A DNA stretch of 64,000 bases from an uncultured Clostridium sp. (GCA_900556975.1 USQZ01000001.1:3197-67196), one strand, 5' to 3'. Counted from the stretch's first letter, positions 9,551-19,609 are shown. Made by a program: numbers and translations. The notes: generated by a model from the letters alone, not told the origin.

Positions 9551-9636
9551 GGGTAGGTGGTCGAGTGGTTAATGGCACCAGACTGTAAATCTGGCGACGA
9601 GAGTCTACGATGGTTCGAATCCATCCCTGCCCACCA
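9551..9636 (+). tRNA. tRNA-Tyr (GTA), type II with a long variable arm, CCA encoded
   Basis: Acceptor stem gggtagg/cctgccc, anticodon arm ccaga-CTGTAAA-tctgg, T-loop GGTTCGAATCC. Confidence 0.9.
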
Positions 9637-9638
9637 AA

Positions 9639-9668
9639 ATACATAGCGTAAGCTATGTATTTTTTTTT
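9639..9668 (+). terminator. intrinsic terminator after tRNA-Tyr
   Basis: Hairpin atacatagc/gctatgtat followed by T9. Confidence 0.8.
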
Positions 9669-9780
9669 ACTTAAACGACGGATTCGAAAAGGAAGTTGCC
9701 GAGCTTTGAGTTGGTCTGGGGCCAACCAAAGCGAAGGTAAAAATAGTCCAGTGGACTATTTTTCTGACGCGGCTCGACGC

Positions 9781-9828
9781 AATCCATCCCTGCCCACCAA
9801 ACACATAACTTATGTTATGTGTTTTTTT
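9781..9828 (+). repeat. duplicated tRNA-Tyr 3-prime end (21 nt identical to 9618-9638) plus a second terminator-like hairpin
   Basis: aatccatccctgcccaccaaa occurs at 9618-9638 and at 9781-9801. The second copy has no matching 5-prime acceptor strand, D arm or anticodon arm upstream. Confidence 0.8.
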
Positions 9829-9954
9829 ATGCTTAAAGATAGATAAAAAAGTTACAAGGTTTATTAGAATAATTGTTTTTATGCTGATTTTGTGATATAA
9901 GTAAAATGCAAAATTTAAAATATAATAAAAAAACATTGAAAGGTATGAGAAGAA

Positions 9955-10863
9955 ATGGAAGAATCTTTACTTGAATTTTATTTGAATAAATTAGAGTATA
10001 GTGATAAACCTGAGTTTCTAAATAAATATTTGAATGTTCCTTGTTTAAAGAGATTGAAGAAGATATGCTATTTTTGTGGAATGGATTATGCGTCAAAGCA
10101 TATATATAATTTTAAAGAAAAGATTACAAGATATGATCATTCGTTAACAGTTGCTTTGCTAACTTGGAAATGTACAAGAGATAAAAAAGCAACTTTGGCA
10201 GGATTATTTCATGATATTGCTACTCCTTGTTTTTCACATGTAATAGATTATATGAATAAGGATTATGCTAATCAAGAAAGTACAGAAGAGAATACGGAAA
10301 AAATATTAAAAAATGATACGTATTTGAGAAAGTTTTTGAAGGAAGATGATATTGAAATTGAAGATATTATTGATTTTAAGCAATATAATATCGTGGATAA
10401 TAATCGACCAAAGGTATGTGCAGATAGATTAGACGGAGTAATACTTACAGGAATTGCTTGGACAAAAAATGTAGATTATGATGATATAGACAATATTATT
10501 AGTGATATAGAAATTTATGATAATGAAATAGGATTTAAAACGAAAAGCGTTGCAGATAAAGTTTTAGAAATTAGTGAGAGTATTGATCTTTATTGTCATT
10601 CTAACGAGGATAATTATATGATGGAACTCTTAGCAGCTATAACTAAATATGGAATTGATAATAAATATATTACATATGAAGATTTATATGTGCTTAATGA
10701 AGAGGATTTAATTTACAGGTTAAAGAGCGTTAATGATTCAAAATTACTTGAGTATTTTGATAAATTTGAAAATATAACATTAGATGAAATTCCAAGTATT
10801 TGTTTACCAAATATAAAGATAAGAGATTTGAATCCTTTAGTGCAAGGAAAAAGAATAAAGTAA
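9955..10863 (+). CDS. HD-domain phosphohydrolase
   Basis: H...HD signature (RYDHSLTVALL ... GLFHDIATPCFSH). Confidence 0.75.
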   Translation: MEESLLEFYLNKLEYSDKPEFLNKYLNVPCLKRLKKICYFCGMDYASKHIYNFKEKITRYDHSLTVALLTWKCTRDKKATLAGLFHDIATPCFSHVIDYMNKDYANQESTEENTEKILKNDTYLRKFLKEDDIEIEDIIDFKQYNIVDNNRPKVCADRLDGVILTGIAWTKNVDYDDIDNIISDIEIYDNEIGFKTKSVADKVLEISESIDLYCHSNEDNYMMELLAAITKYGIDNKYITYEDLYVLNEEDLIYRLKSVNDSKLLEYFDKFENITLDEIPSICLPNIKIRDLNPLVQGKRIK

Positions 10864-10956
10864 AAATTTAAAATAAAATATTGAAAAGCTAGAAATCGAT
10901 TTTAAGATATCGTTTTCTAGCTTTTTTTCATAAATTATAGTGAAGGGAGAAAAGAA

Positions 10957-12321
10957 ATGAAAAAATATAGGAAAAGTTTAATTATAGTTATAATTTTAGG
11001 CTGTTTATTGATTTTAAAGTGTTTAGCAGGAATAGTTATAAAAAATGAAAATTTAAATAATTCGATAGATGAAATGCAGAATGTAATTAATAATGAAATA
11101 CAATTTTATGAAATGACAGAAGAGGAAATTATAGAATTAAAGACTGCAGAGATTATTGAGCAAAACGAAATTGATGAACAAAATCTAGAACAAGAGGTAG
11201 AAGATGAAGGTTTTGAATTGCAAGGAGATATTGCATACGAGGGTGATAAGGCTAGAAGTTGGAATGTGACATTGGGTAATTATAAAGGTTTAACTTATTA
11301 TTCTCAAATAGATAATAGATGGAGAAATAAAAGATATTCATCTACAGGAAATGCATCTCAAACAATTGGCTCAAGTGGTTGCGGACCAACGAGTGCTAGT
11401 ATGATTGTAACTGCTTGCAAAGGTGCAATAACTCCTGATGTAATGTCTGATTTGTTTGTGAAATATGGTTACAGAAGTGCTAATAATGGAACTTATTGGA
11501 GTGCTTTTAGAGCAATAGCTGATGAATTTGACATTGGGTATTCTGAAACAACTAATTTTCAAAGAGCAATTGAGTTGTTAAGAAATAATAATTATGTTGT
11601 AGCTTCTGTAGGAAATGGATTATTTACAACTGGAGGACATATTATTGTTTTAACTGCAATAGAAGGAGATACTATAAAAATATATGATCCTTATTTATAT
11701 GCTGGAAAATTTGAAACTAGTACTAGAAGAGGAAAAGTAACAGTTGTAGAAAATACAGTGTATGTATCTGTACAAAATTTTAGAAATTATGCGAATGCAA
11801 AAGGTTTCTTTTGTTATAAACATGATGAGAATATTCAAGAAAATAATGTTAAGCCAGTAGTTGTACAGCCATATACAAGGTATGTTAAAGCAAATGGTGG
11901 TTTAAATATTAGAAGTTCACCTAATGGAAATAGAATCGGAGCAATAAGAAATGGCGAACAAATAACTGTTTATGAAACCTCAGGTAATTGGTCAAGAATA
12001 GGTGCTGGAAAGTGGGTTAGTTCTGATTATTTAGTTAGTTCAACATCTAATTATACAAATAATGAGCTAGGTGAAAAATATTCAGTAGGTAGATATAGAG
12101 TTACAGCTAGTGTCCTTAATGTAAGAAATGGCCCTTCAACGAATTATAGTAGTAAAAGGTATTATCAACTTTCTTCTAATGCAAGACTTCAGAATCGTAG
12201 ATTGGGTGGAGAATGTAATGGATATAGAAGAGGTGTTGTTTTTACAGTTTCAAAAATTATAAATAATTGGGGATATTCACCAAGTGGTTGGGTATGTTTG
12301 GATTATTGTTATAAATATTAA
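10957..12321 (+). CDS. secreted/anchored cell-wall hydrolase: C39-like papain-fold cysteine peptidase domain plus two SH3b domains
   Basis: N-terminal TM/signal segment. Catalytic-Cys context SSGCGPTSASMIV. Two SH3b-like repeats (GLNIRSSPNGNRIGAIRNGEQITVYE..WSRI and VLNVRNGPSTNYS). Confidence 0.7.
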   Translation: MKKYRKSLIIVIILGCLLILKCLAGIVIKNENLNNSIDEMQNVINNEIQFYEMTEEEIIELKTAEIIEQNEIDEQNLEQEVEDEGFELQGDIAYEGDKARSWNVTLGNYKGLTYYSQIDNRWRNKRYSSTGNASQTIGSSGCGPTSASMIVTACKGAITPDVMSDLFVKYGYRSANNGTYWSAFRAIADEFDIGYSETTNFQRAIELLRNNNYVVASVGNGLFTTGGHIIVLTAIEGDTIKIYDPYLYAGKFETSTRRGKVTVVENTVYVSVQNFRNYANAKGFFCYKHDENIQENNVKPVVVQPYTRYVKANGGLNIRSSPNGNRIGAIRNGEQITVYETSGNWSRIGAGKWVSSDYLVSSTSNYTNNELGEKYSVGRYRVTASVLNVRNGPSTNYSSKRYYQLSSNARLQNRRLGGECNGYRRGVVFTVSKIINNWGYSPSGWVCLDYCYKY

Positions 12322-12403
12322 TAAAGAAGCAGGAGAAACAATTTGTTTTTTCTGCTTTTTTGTTTGAATTAATAAAGAAGTATATATATAATTTTAATAA
12401 AAG

Positions 12404-12432
12404 TTGAACCAAATTAAAAGATGTATCGTCTA
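12404..12432 (+). promoter_or_regulatory. ECF-type promoter (TGAACC-N16-CGTCTA), probably autoregulatory
   Basis: GAAC at 12406-12409 and CGTC at 12427-12430, about 35 nt upstream of the sigma gene start. Confidence 0.6.
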
Positions 12433-12463
12433 ATGGGTAAGAATATAGAAAGGAATTTTTAAG

Positions 12464-12961
12464 ATGAGTATTGAATTAAATAGTTTTACAAATCTTATAA
12501 AAGAGAACAAGCTTAGATTTTATAAAACTGCTAAAGCAATATTGAAAAATGATGATGATGTTTATGATGCACTTCAAGAGGCTTTAATGAGTATTTATCA
12601 AAATTTTAATCAATTAAAAAATTTGAAGTTTTTCTCAACGTGGGCTACGAGAATTGTAATTAATAAATGTTATGATTTGTTAAGAAAAAACAAAAACAAT
12701 GTTGTTCCTTTTGATGAGAATATTGAGAATGATATTAATAGTTCAAAAAACGATGTTTATGAGGTTGATCAATATGGAATAAAGAAGGCTGTTGAAGGTT
12801 TAAATGAGGAGTTGAAATTAATTACAATTCTTTATTATTATGATGATTATTCTGTAAATGAAATCTCAGAAATAGTTGATATTCCAATAGGAACTGTGAA
12901 ATCAAGGTTATCACGTGCTAGAGAAATTTTGAAAAATAAATTAGGAAAGGAGGAGTTTTAA
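12464..12961 (+). CDS. ECF (sigma-70 family group 4) RNA polymerase sigma factor
   Basis: Region 2 (FSTWATRIVINKCYDLLRK) and region 4 HTH (SVNEISEIVDIPIGTVKSRLSRAREIL). Confidence 0.9.
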   Translation: MSIELNSFTNLIKENKLRFYKTAKAILKNDDDVYDALQEALMSIYQNFNQLKNLKFFSTWATRIVINKCYDLLRKNKNNVVPFDENIENDINSSKNDVYEVDQYGIKKAVEGLNEELKLITILYYYDDYSVNEISEIVDIPIGTVKSRLSRAREILKNKLGKEEF

Positions 12962-12962
12962 A

Positions 12963-14510
12963 ATGAAAGATGAAGAATTTGATAAATTGTTAAAAGAACA
13001 AATGAAATTAGATACATACATTCCAGAAAAAATAGATAAGCTTTTTTCTGATTTTGAAAAAAATAAAGTTGAAGATAATCATAAGGTATATAAGTTTAGA
13101 CGATATCTAAAATCTGTATCAATTGCTGCATGTGCTATGTTGGTAATTTTTGTAGGAGGTTGTACATATGCTCATGTTAATGGAACAAAAACAATTATTT
13201 CACCTATATTGAGTAAATTAGGTATTAATAGTAAGTATGAAGAAAATTCAACTAAATTTAATGATGAAGTTGCTAGTGAAAATGTTAAGATTAAATTAAA
13301 AGATGGGGCGATTGATGATACTACATTGATTTTAGGATACGAAATAGAGATTGCTAATAGTAATCCTGATATATGGCTTGAAATAATTGGCGAGTATGAA
13401 ATTAATGGAATGAATTTTGAACCAGTAAATTCTACAGTTGATAAGATTTCTGATGGTGAATATGTTTATTATCAAGTATTTGATGTTAGTGAGATTATGA
13501 TTGATAATCCAGAAAATGTTTATATAAGTTCGAAGATTTCTGAAATTAAAGAATATACTGAATGTGAGAATGAAAATTCTGCTTATCCTGTTTATGGAGA
13601 TAGTTTGAAAGGTGAATGGAATTTTGATGAGTCTATATCAGTTAAAAATTTAGAAGAAAATAAAAAATATGAATTTAATAATCCTCAAAAGTATGAAATT
13701 GCTGAAAATGTTAATGTGTCTGTTGCTGAATTTATAAAAGGTTCATATACTAATATTTTAAAAATTAAGGTGGATAAAACTAATTACACTGGAGATGATT
13801 TTGAGAAATATTATAAAGTTCTTGATGATAAAAATAATGAGATTGCTATGTATAATGAAGAACAGAGAGAATATGATGATAGAGTATATAATGATAGGTT
13901 AGTTAGTGAGAAGTTTAAAGAAGGTTCTAAATTTAAAATTGAAATATATTTTAAGGTGAGCAGTAAAAAAGAATTTGATAAAGTGATAACTATTCCTGTT
14001 GATTTATCAAAAGTTAAGGAAAAGAGTGAAAGTTCAGATGAATTGAAAGAGTATGATGGAGATGATTATTCTTTTAAATATAATTCTAATTGGAAGATTA
14101 CAACTAAGCTTGGAAAAGATAAACTTGGTGAAAATAGTATATATTTAGGAGCACTTGGAATAGAAATTCCTTCTACTACAAATTCTGAATATACATCAGC
14201 TATATATGTAAAAACTGTTAATAAAAATCTTACATTAGAGGAATATGTTGATGAGAGAAGATTAATAAGTGATAGTTCAGAATCTGGAGAATATATTGAA
14301 ATTGAAAGTGAAATGCTTAATTTGAAAAATAGTGAAGGGTATCAAATAATTTATGAAACTTCTGATGGTTCTGAAAAATATATTTATAAAAATGTGTTTA
14401 TAAAAGGTGATGAGAAAATTTATGATATAACTTTTTTCGGTAGTGAAAAAGAGTATAATAATTTAAAGAAAAATGTCGATGAGTTTATTAATAGTTTTGA
14501 AATAAAATAG
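12963..14510 (+). CDS. putative anti-sigma factor: short cytoplasmic N-terminus, one TM, large extracytoplasmic domain
   Basis: The start is coupled to the sigma gene stop (TAAAATG). A TM segment lies at about aa 50-70 (SIAACAMLVIFVGGC). The function is inferred from position only. Confidence 0.55.
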   Translation: MKDEEFDKLLKEQMKLDTYIPEKIDKLFSDFEKNKVEDNHKVYKFRRYLKSVSIAACAMLVIFVGGCTYAHVNGTKTIISPILSKLGINSKYEENSTKFNDEVASENVKIKLKDGAIDDTTLILGYEIEIANSNPDIWLEIIGEYEINGMNFEPVNSTVDKISDGEYVYYQVFDVSEIMIDNPENVYISSKISEIKEYTECENENSAYPVYGDSLKGEWNFDESISVKNLEENKKYEFNNPQKYEIAENVNVSVAEFIKGSYTNILKIKVDKTNYTGDDFEKYYKVLDDKNNEIAMYNEEQREYDDRVYNDRLVSEKFKEGSKFKIEIYFKVSSKKEFDKVITIPVDLSKVKEKSESSDELKEYDGDDYSFKYNSNWKITTKLGKDKLGENSIYLGALGIEIPSTTNSEYTSAIYVKTVNKNLTLEEYVDERRLISDSSESGEYIEIESEMLNLKNSEGYQIIYETSDGSEKYIYKNVFIKGDEKIYDITFFGSEKEYNNLKKNVDEFINSFEIK

Positions 14511-14721
14511 TATTAAGTATTTTTATGAAAAGTATAGCAGAACTGTATTTGCTATGCTTTTTCACATGTTTTTTGAAATTCATGTTATTTGAAAATAATC
14601 TTCTTGTTTTGACGCAGAAAAAAATATATAAAAAATAATATTCTTTCCAAATTATGACAATATTTGCAAACTTAATTGATTATAATGGATTTGTAAAACT
14701 AATGAGGAAAGGAAGATATTT

Positions 14722-15168
14722 ATGAATAATTCTAAAAAAGAACAAGAGAATGTAAAAAGAGTAATGGATCAGAAGATGCTGGAATGTATTGATTCTGAGC
14801 TAAAAAGATTAGAGGATGCTTCTAATATTGAAGAATACAAAAAAATAATTCATGAAAGAAGAATGGGGTTTAATTTAGTTTTTAGTGATTTCGATTTTTA
14901 CATAAAGATAATACGTAAGAAAAAAGCTTTTTTGAATAAAAGAAAGATGGAGATTGGTTATAAAGAAATTCTAGATAAAATTTTGAAAGATAAGATAACA
15001 CACAAGTTGGAGCAGATTTATAAAAAAGCTGTTATTTGGGGTGAAGGTAGTGAAGAACTTTTTAATTGTAAGATTTCTCAAATAATAGATAGGCAATTAG
15101 GTATTGGTGAAGTATTGGATAATTATGACGAATGTATGAATTTAGTTAGTTTATATCAAAAAATATAG
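14722..15168 (+). CDS. hypothetical protein (148 aa)
   Basis: SD GAGGAAAGGAAG lies upstream of the ATG. No family recognised. Confidence 0.5.
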   Translation: MNNSKKEQENVKRVMDQKMLECIDSELKRLEDASNIEEYKKIIHERRMGFNLVFSDFDFYIKIIRKKKAFLNKRKMEIGYKEILDKILKDKITHKLEQIYKKAVIWGEGSEELFNCKISQIIDRQLGIGEVLDNYDECMNLVSLYQKI

Positions 15169-15281
15169 TTGAATTAAAAAATACTTGTTAATTAAAAATA
15201 TTATCTATATAATCTATGTGAAAGTATAGTTATATTTTAAATGGTTATACTTAAGATAAAGAATTTTTAAGGAGGTTTTTT

Positions 15282-16358
15282 ATGGATAGAAAGGTAAGAG
15301 TTGTACAATATGGTACAGGTAAAATGTCAGTGTATACAATGAGATATGTATATGAAAAAGGCGCTGAAATAGTTGGTGCTTTTGATGTTAATCCTAATGT
15401 TATTGGTAAAGATATAGGTGAAATTATTGGATGTGAACATAAAGGTGTTATTGTTTCAGATGTTAAAGATGCAAGAAGAGTTATGGAAGAATTAAAACCA
15501 GATATTTGTATAGTTACAACAATGAGCTTAATTGCTGATGTTGAAGAAGCTTTAATGCTATGTGCAGAACTTGGTGTAAATGCTATTACTACTTGTGAAG
15601 AGGCATTTTTCCCAGGAAACTCAAATCCAATTTTGACTCATAGATTAGATGAAATGGCTAGAAAAAATAATTGTACAATAACTGGTAGTGGATACCAAGA
15701 TATTTATTGGGGACAATTAATTTCTTCAATTGCTGGTTCAACACATAAAATAACAAAAATCAAAGGAAGTTCAAGCTATAATGTTGAAGATTATGGTATT
15801 GCATTGGCTAAAGCTCATGGTGCAGGTCTTACATTAGAAGATTTTGATAAAGAAGTTGCTTCAGTTGATAGAATGTCAGACGAAGAAAGACTAAAAATAA
15901 TAGAAAGAGGAGAATATACTCCATCTTATATGTGGAATGTTAATGGATGGCTTGCTCAAAAGCTTGGTTTAACAGTAGTTTCTCAAAGACAAAAATGTGT
16001 TCCTCAAACTCATGATACAGATTTATTCTCATCAACTTTAAATATGAATATTAAAGCTGGAGATGCAACAGGAATGAGCGCTGTTGTTACAACAGAAACT
16101 AAAGAAGGAATTACTATTGAATCTGAGTGTATAGGAAAAGTTTATGCAGAAGATGAATTTGATAAAAATGAATGGACAATTTGTGGTGAACCAGATACTA
16201 CAATAGTTGTCGCAAGACCTTGTACTGTTGAATTAACTTGTGCAAGTATAGTTAATAGAATTCCAGATGTTATTAATGCTGAAGCTGGATATGTTCCAAC
16301 AGCTCAAATGCCAGATTTAGAATATAGAATTAAACCTTTAAATGAATATGTAAAATAA
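15282..16358 (+). CDS. NAD(P)-binding oxidoreductase of the DapB-N-terminal-like family (2,4-diaminopentanoate-dehydrogenase-like)
   Basis: N-terminal Rossmann-like segment VRVVQYGTGKMS. The length is about 358 aa. AGGAGG SD. The family call is from memory of similar clostridial proteins. Confidence 0.5.
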   Translation: MDRKVRVVQYGTGKMSVYTMRYVYEKGAEIVGAFDVNPNVIGKDIGEIIGCEHKGVIVSDVKDARRVMEELKPDICIVTTMSLIADVEEALMLCAELGVNAITTCEEAFFPGNSNPILTHRLDEMARKNNCTITGSGYQDIYWGQLISSIAGSTHKITKIKGSSSYNVEDYGIALAKAHGAGLTLEDFDKEVASVDRMSDEERLKIIERGEYTPSYMWNVNGWLAQKLGLTVVSQRQKCVPQTHDTDLFSSTLNMNIKAGDATGMSAVVTTETKEGITIESECIGKVYAEDEFDKNEWTICGEPDTTIVVARPCTVELTCASIVNRIPDVINAEAGYVPTAQMPDLEYRIKPLNEYVK

Positions 16359-16517
16359 ATTTTATACATTAAAGAAAAACTGGTTAGGGCCAGTTTTTTC
16401 TTTTGGCTAAAAATAGGATAAAAAGTGTTTGTATCAGCATAATTTATTATTGACGGTTTTATAATTTATATATATACTAGTAATGTATATTTATGGTTTT
16501 TTAAGAGGAGAAAATCA

Positions 16518-18260
16518 ATGGATCAAAAGAGAAAATTTTTTATAGGATTGTTATTATTTTTTATTTTAACATTTGCATGTGCAACGGTTGGAAATGCTAA
16601 TACATTAAAGATTGAGCAAACTAGAACTTCTTCAGGTGGTGTTACAATTAGTGTTCATTCAGACGTAAAGGTTAGAGAACTTAGAATGTATTCTATGTCT
16701 TCAGGAAAATGGAATTTATTCTATGTTAATAGAGAATCAGGTTATACTGATAAGAAGTTTTATGTTTCTAAAAATAGGGTTTCAGCTAGTGAAAATTCTA
16801 GTATAAAGATTGTGGTAGTGGATGTAAATGGCGACGAAACAACCAATGAAACACCAATAAATTCAAATCCATCACCAAGTCCAAGTACATCACCAAGCGC
16901 ATCACCAAGTACTTCACCAACTCCTAAGCCAACTACATCAACTAGTCCAAGTACAAGTACGAAACCAAGTCCTTCTACAAGTGCTTCACCAAGTACTTCA
17001 ACTAGTCCAAGTACGAGTACAAAGCCAAGCCCTTCTACAAGTACTTCACCAAGTAATTCTACTTCACCAAAGCCAAGTACATCACCAAGCCCAAGTACAA
17101 AACCAACTCAGCCTGCTATTGTAAAATCAATTAAGTTAAATAAGACTTCAGCAACAATGGTAATAGGAGATACTCTTCAACTTGTTAAAACTATAACACC
17201 TGCTAATGCTGTTACAAAATTAACATGGAGTACAAATAATAATAAGGTAGCTACTGTTGATGGAAATGGTAAGGTTAAGGCGATTGCTAAAGGAACAGCT
17301 ACAATAACAGTAAAAACTGCTAATGGAAAGAAAGCAAGTTGTAAAATTACTGTAATTGAAAAACCAGGTTATACTACAAAATTAAATGGTCATACTGTAA
17401 AATTACCTAAAGGTGATGATAGGGTATATATTTTGGATACACAGGATAGAGATGATAAGAATAACAGATATTCTACAAGTGATGCAATAATAATTGAAAG
17501 CAACGGAAAATTTGCAATGATTGATACAGGGCTTAAAAGAACATCAAAACGTGTTATGCAATATTTAAATGATTTAGGTGTTAAGGAACTTGAATTTGTT
17601 TTTATTACTCATGCACATATTGATCATGCAGGTGGCTTCCCAACTATAGCTAATAGTAATATTAAAGTTAAGGGATTATATATTAAAGATATAAGTAAAA
17701 GTACAAGTAACAGAATGGCTGTTTATAACATGGCTATAGCTGCTGCTAAAAAGAATAACATAAAGATATATAATGTTTCTAATAGTAAATATCAAACTTT
17801 AAAATGTGGTGATTTTACTTTCAAATTGTATAATACACCAGATAGATTAATAAAAGCTGGAAAAAATAATACTGAGAATGTTAATAGTGTTACTGCACTT
17901 ACAAAAATACATGGCAAAAAACTTTATTTTGCAGCTGATATTGTAAATGATGGATATGTTAATTGCAATGCTGAAAATATTGCAGCGAAAGCAGTAGGAA
18001 AAATAGATTTTTATAAGGTAGCTCATCATTTGTATTCACCAAATAATTCTGTAACTGCTATGAAGATTTTAAATCCATCATCTGCAGTTGCAACAACACA
18101 AAAAGGATATGATAAGAGTATAGCTGCGAGAGACAGAGTACTTAATAATTCAAGAGTTACTGATAAAACATTGAGATACACTGCTGATGGTACTGTAATT
18201 TTAACTATAGGTGTTGATGGAAACTTTACATTTAATAAGTTAGGTGCAGATGGTGTATAG
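16518..18260 (+). CDS. secreted protein: signal peptide, Pro/Ser/Thr linker, Big_2 Ig-like domain, MBL-fold metallo-hydrolase domain
   Basis: Signal-like N-terminus. Big_2-like segment LNKTSATMVIGDTLQL...TITVKTANGKKASCKITV. MBL motif THAHIDHAGG. Confidence 0.75.
   Translation: MDQKRKFFIGLLLFFILTFACATVGNANTLKIEQTRTSSGGVTISVHSDVKVRELRMYSMSSGKWNLFYVNRESGYTDKKFYVSKNRVSASENSSIKIVVVDVNGDETTNETPINSNPSPSPSTSPSASPSTSPTPKPTTSTSPSTSTKPSPSTSASPSTSTSPSTSTKPSPSTSTSPSNSTSPKPSTSPSPSTKPTQPAIVKSIKLNKTSATMVIGDTLQLVKTITPANAVTKLTWSTNNNKVATVDGNGKVKAIAKGTATITVKTANGKKASCKITVIEKPGYTTKLNGHTVKLPKGDDRVYILDTQDRDDKNNRYSTSDAIIIESNGKFAMIDTGLKRTSKRVMQYLNDLGVKELEFVFITHAHIDHAGGFPTIANSNIKVKGLYIKDISKSTSNRMAVYNMAIAAAKKNNIKIYNVSNSKYQTLKCGDFTFKLYNTPDRLIKAGKNNTENVNSVTALTKIHGKKLYFAADIVNDGYVNCNAENIAAKAVGKIDFYKVAHHLYSPNNSVTAMKILNPSSAVATTQKGYDKSIAARDRVLNNSRVTDKTLRYTADGTVILTIGVDGNFTFNKLGADGV
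16951..17070 (+). repeat. 60-nt tandem duplication inside the PST linker (the wider low-complexity run spans about 16861-17110)
   Basis: actagtccaagtac[a/g]agtac[g/a]aa[a/g]ccaag[t/c]ccttctacaagt... repeats at 16951 and 17011. Confidence 0.8.
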
Positions 18261-18286
18261 ATTTTAAATGTTTTTTTGGAGGATGT

Positions 18287-19609
18287 ATGATACAGATAAT
18301 ATTACTTGTTTGTTTAATTTTACTTAATGCTTTTTTTGCTGCAACAGAGATGGCTTTTGTATCGTTAAATGATGCAAAAATCTCTGTTAAGGCAAAAGAG
18401 GGAGATAAAAAATATAAGAAAATAGAAAAAATGCTAAAGAGTCCAAGTAAGTTCTTAGCTACGATTCAAATTGGAATAACACTTGCGGGATTTTTATCAA
18501 GTGCGTTTGCATCTGACGTTTTTGCAAGTCAACTAGCGGTTGTTCTTTTTAATGTAACTCATGTATTTTCAATTGTTGTATGGCAAAATATTTCTATTGT
18601 CTTAATTACAATAATTTTATCTTATTTTACTTTAATATTTGGAGAACTTGTTCCAAAGAGAATTGCTATGGAAAATGCGGAAACTTTTTCTAAATTTTCT
18701 ATTTCAATTATTTCTGCTTTGGCTAAGGTAATGTCTCCATTTGTTAAATTCTTAACATGGTCAACTGATGTGGTTTCAAAACTTTTTGGAGTAAAAAAGG
18801 AAAGCGAAGAAACTGTTACTGAAGAAGAAATTAGAATGATGGTTGATGTTGGTCAAGAAAAAGGTACAATTAATAATGATGAAAAAGAAATGATTAATAA
18901 TGTTTTTGAACTAAATGATAAAGAAGTTTCAGAGGTAATGACTCATAGAACTGAGATATTCGCTTTAGATCAAGAAATGACTGCATCAGAAGCTAGTAAG
19001 CAATTAATTGAAGAAGACTGTAGATATAGTAGAATTCCTGTGTATGATGAAGAAGTTGATAATATTGAGGGAATTTTGTTTATTAAAGAATTGTTAAGAG
19101 CAAATTCTAATGTTAAAATAAAAAAATTATTGAAGAAAACTATGTTTATTCCTGAAACTAAGAGAATAAATGAAACATTTAAGGAAATGCAGAAAGATAA
19201 GGTACATATGGCTATTGTTGTTGATGAATATGGCGGAACGGCTGGACTTGTTACAATGGAAGATATTTTAGAAGAGATTGTTGGTGATATTTATGATGAA
19301 TATGATCCGATAGAAGAAAAATATGAAAAAATTGATGAAAATACTTTTGTTGTTGATGGTCAAATTTCAATTTACGATTTTGAAAAATTAGTTGGAGTAA
19401 AAAATATTGAAACAGAATGTGATACTTTGTCTGGATACCTAATGGAACTTATGGATAGAGTTCCAACAGAGGAGGAAAATCCTGTTATTGAAACAGATAA
19501 ACTTGTTTTTAAAATTGAAGAGTTTGATGAGAGAAGAATTGCGAAAGTTAAAGTATGCAAAATAAATGCTTCTAAAAAAGAAAATGATGAAGATGAAGAA
19601 CAAGGCTGA
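18287..19609 (+). CDS. hemolysin-family / CNNM-type transporter protein (DUF21-CBS pair-CorC_HlyC)
   Basis: N-terminal 4-TM DUF21 domain. CBS region (VSEVMTHRTEI...RIPVYDEEVDNIEGILFIKEL). C-terminal CorC domain. Confidence 0.85.
   Translation: MIQIILLVCLILLNAFFAATEMAFVSLNDAKISVKAKEGDKKYKKIEKMLKSPSKFLATIQIGITLAGFLSSAFASDVFASQLAVVLFNVTHVFSIVVWQNISIVLITIILSYFTLIFGELVPKRIAMENAETFSKFSISIISALAKVMSPFVKFLTWSTDVVSKLFGVKKESEETVTEEEIRMMVDVGQEKGTINNDEKEMINNVFELNDKEVSEVMTHRTEIFALDQEMTASEASKQLIEEDCRYSRIPVYDEEVDNIEGILFIKELLRANSNVKIKKLLKKTMFIPETKRINETFKEMQKDKVHMAIVVDEYGGTAGLVTMEDILEEIVGDIYDEYDPIEEKYEKIDENTFVVDGQISIYDFEKLVGVKNIETECDTLSGYLMELMDRVPTEEENPVIETDKLVFKIEEFDERRIAKVKVCKINASKKENDEDEEQG

Noticed and set aside
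9637-9780. A third, intact tRNA between the two tRNA-Tyr 3-prime-end copies
   Set aside because: No 5-prime acceptor strand complementary to cctgccc exists upstream, and no D arm or anticodon arm could be folded. Only fragments are present.
9489-10096. ORFs 9489-9725(-), 9655-9846(+), 9667-9936(-) and 9833-10096(-)
   Set aside because: They run across the two tRNA genes, their terminators and AT-rich spacer DNA. None has an SD or a recognisable family. They are artefacts of ORF calling over RNA genes.
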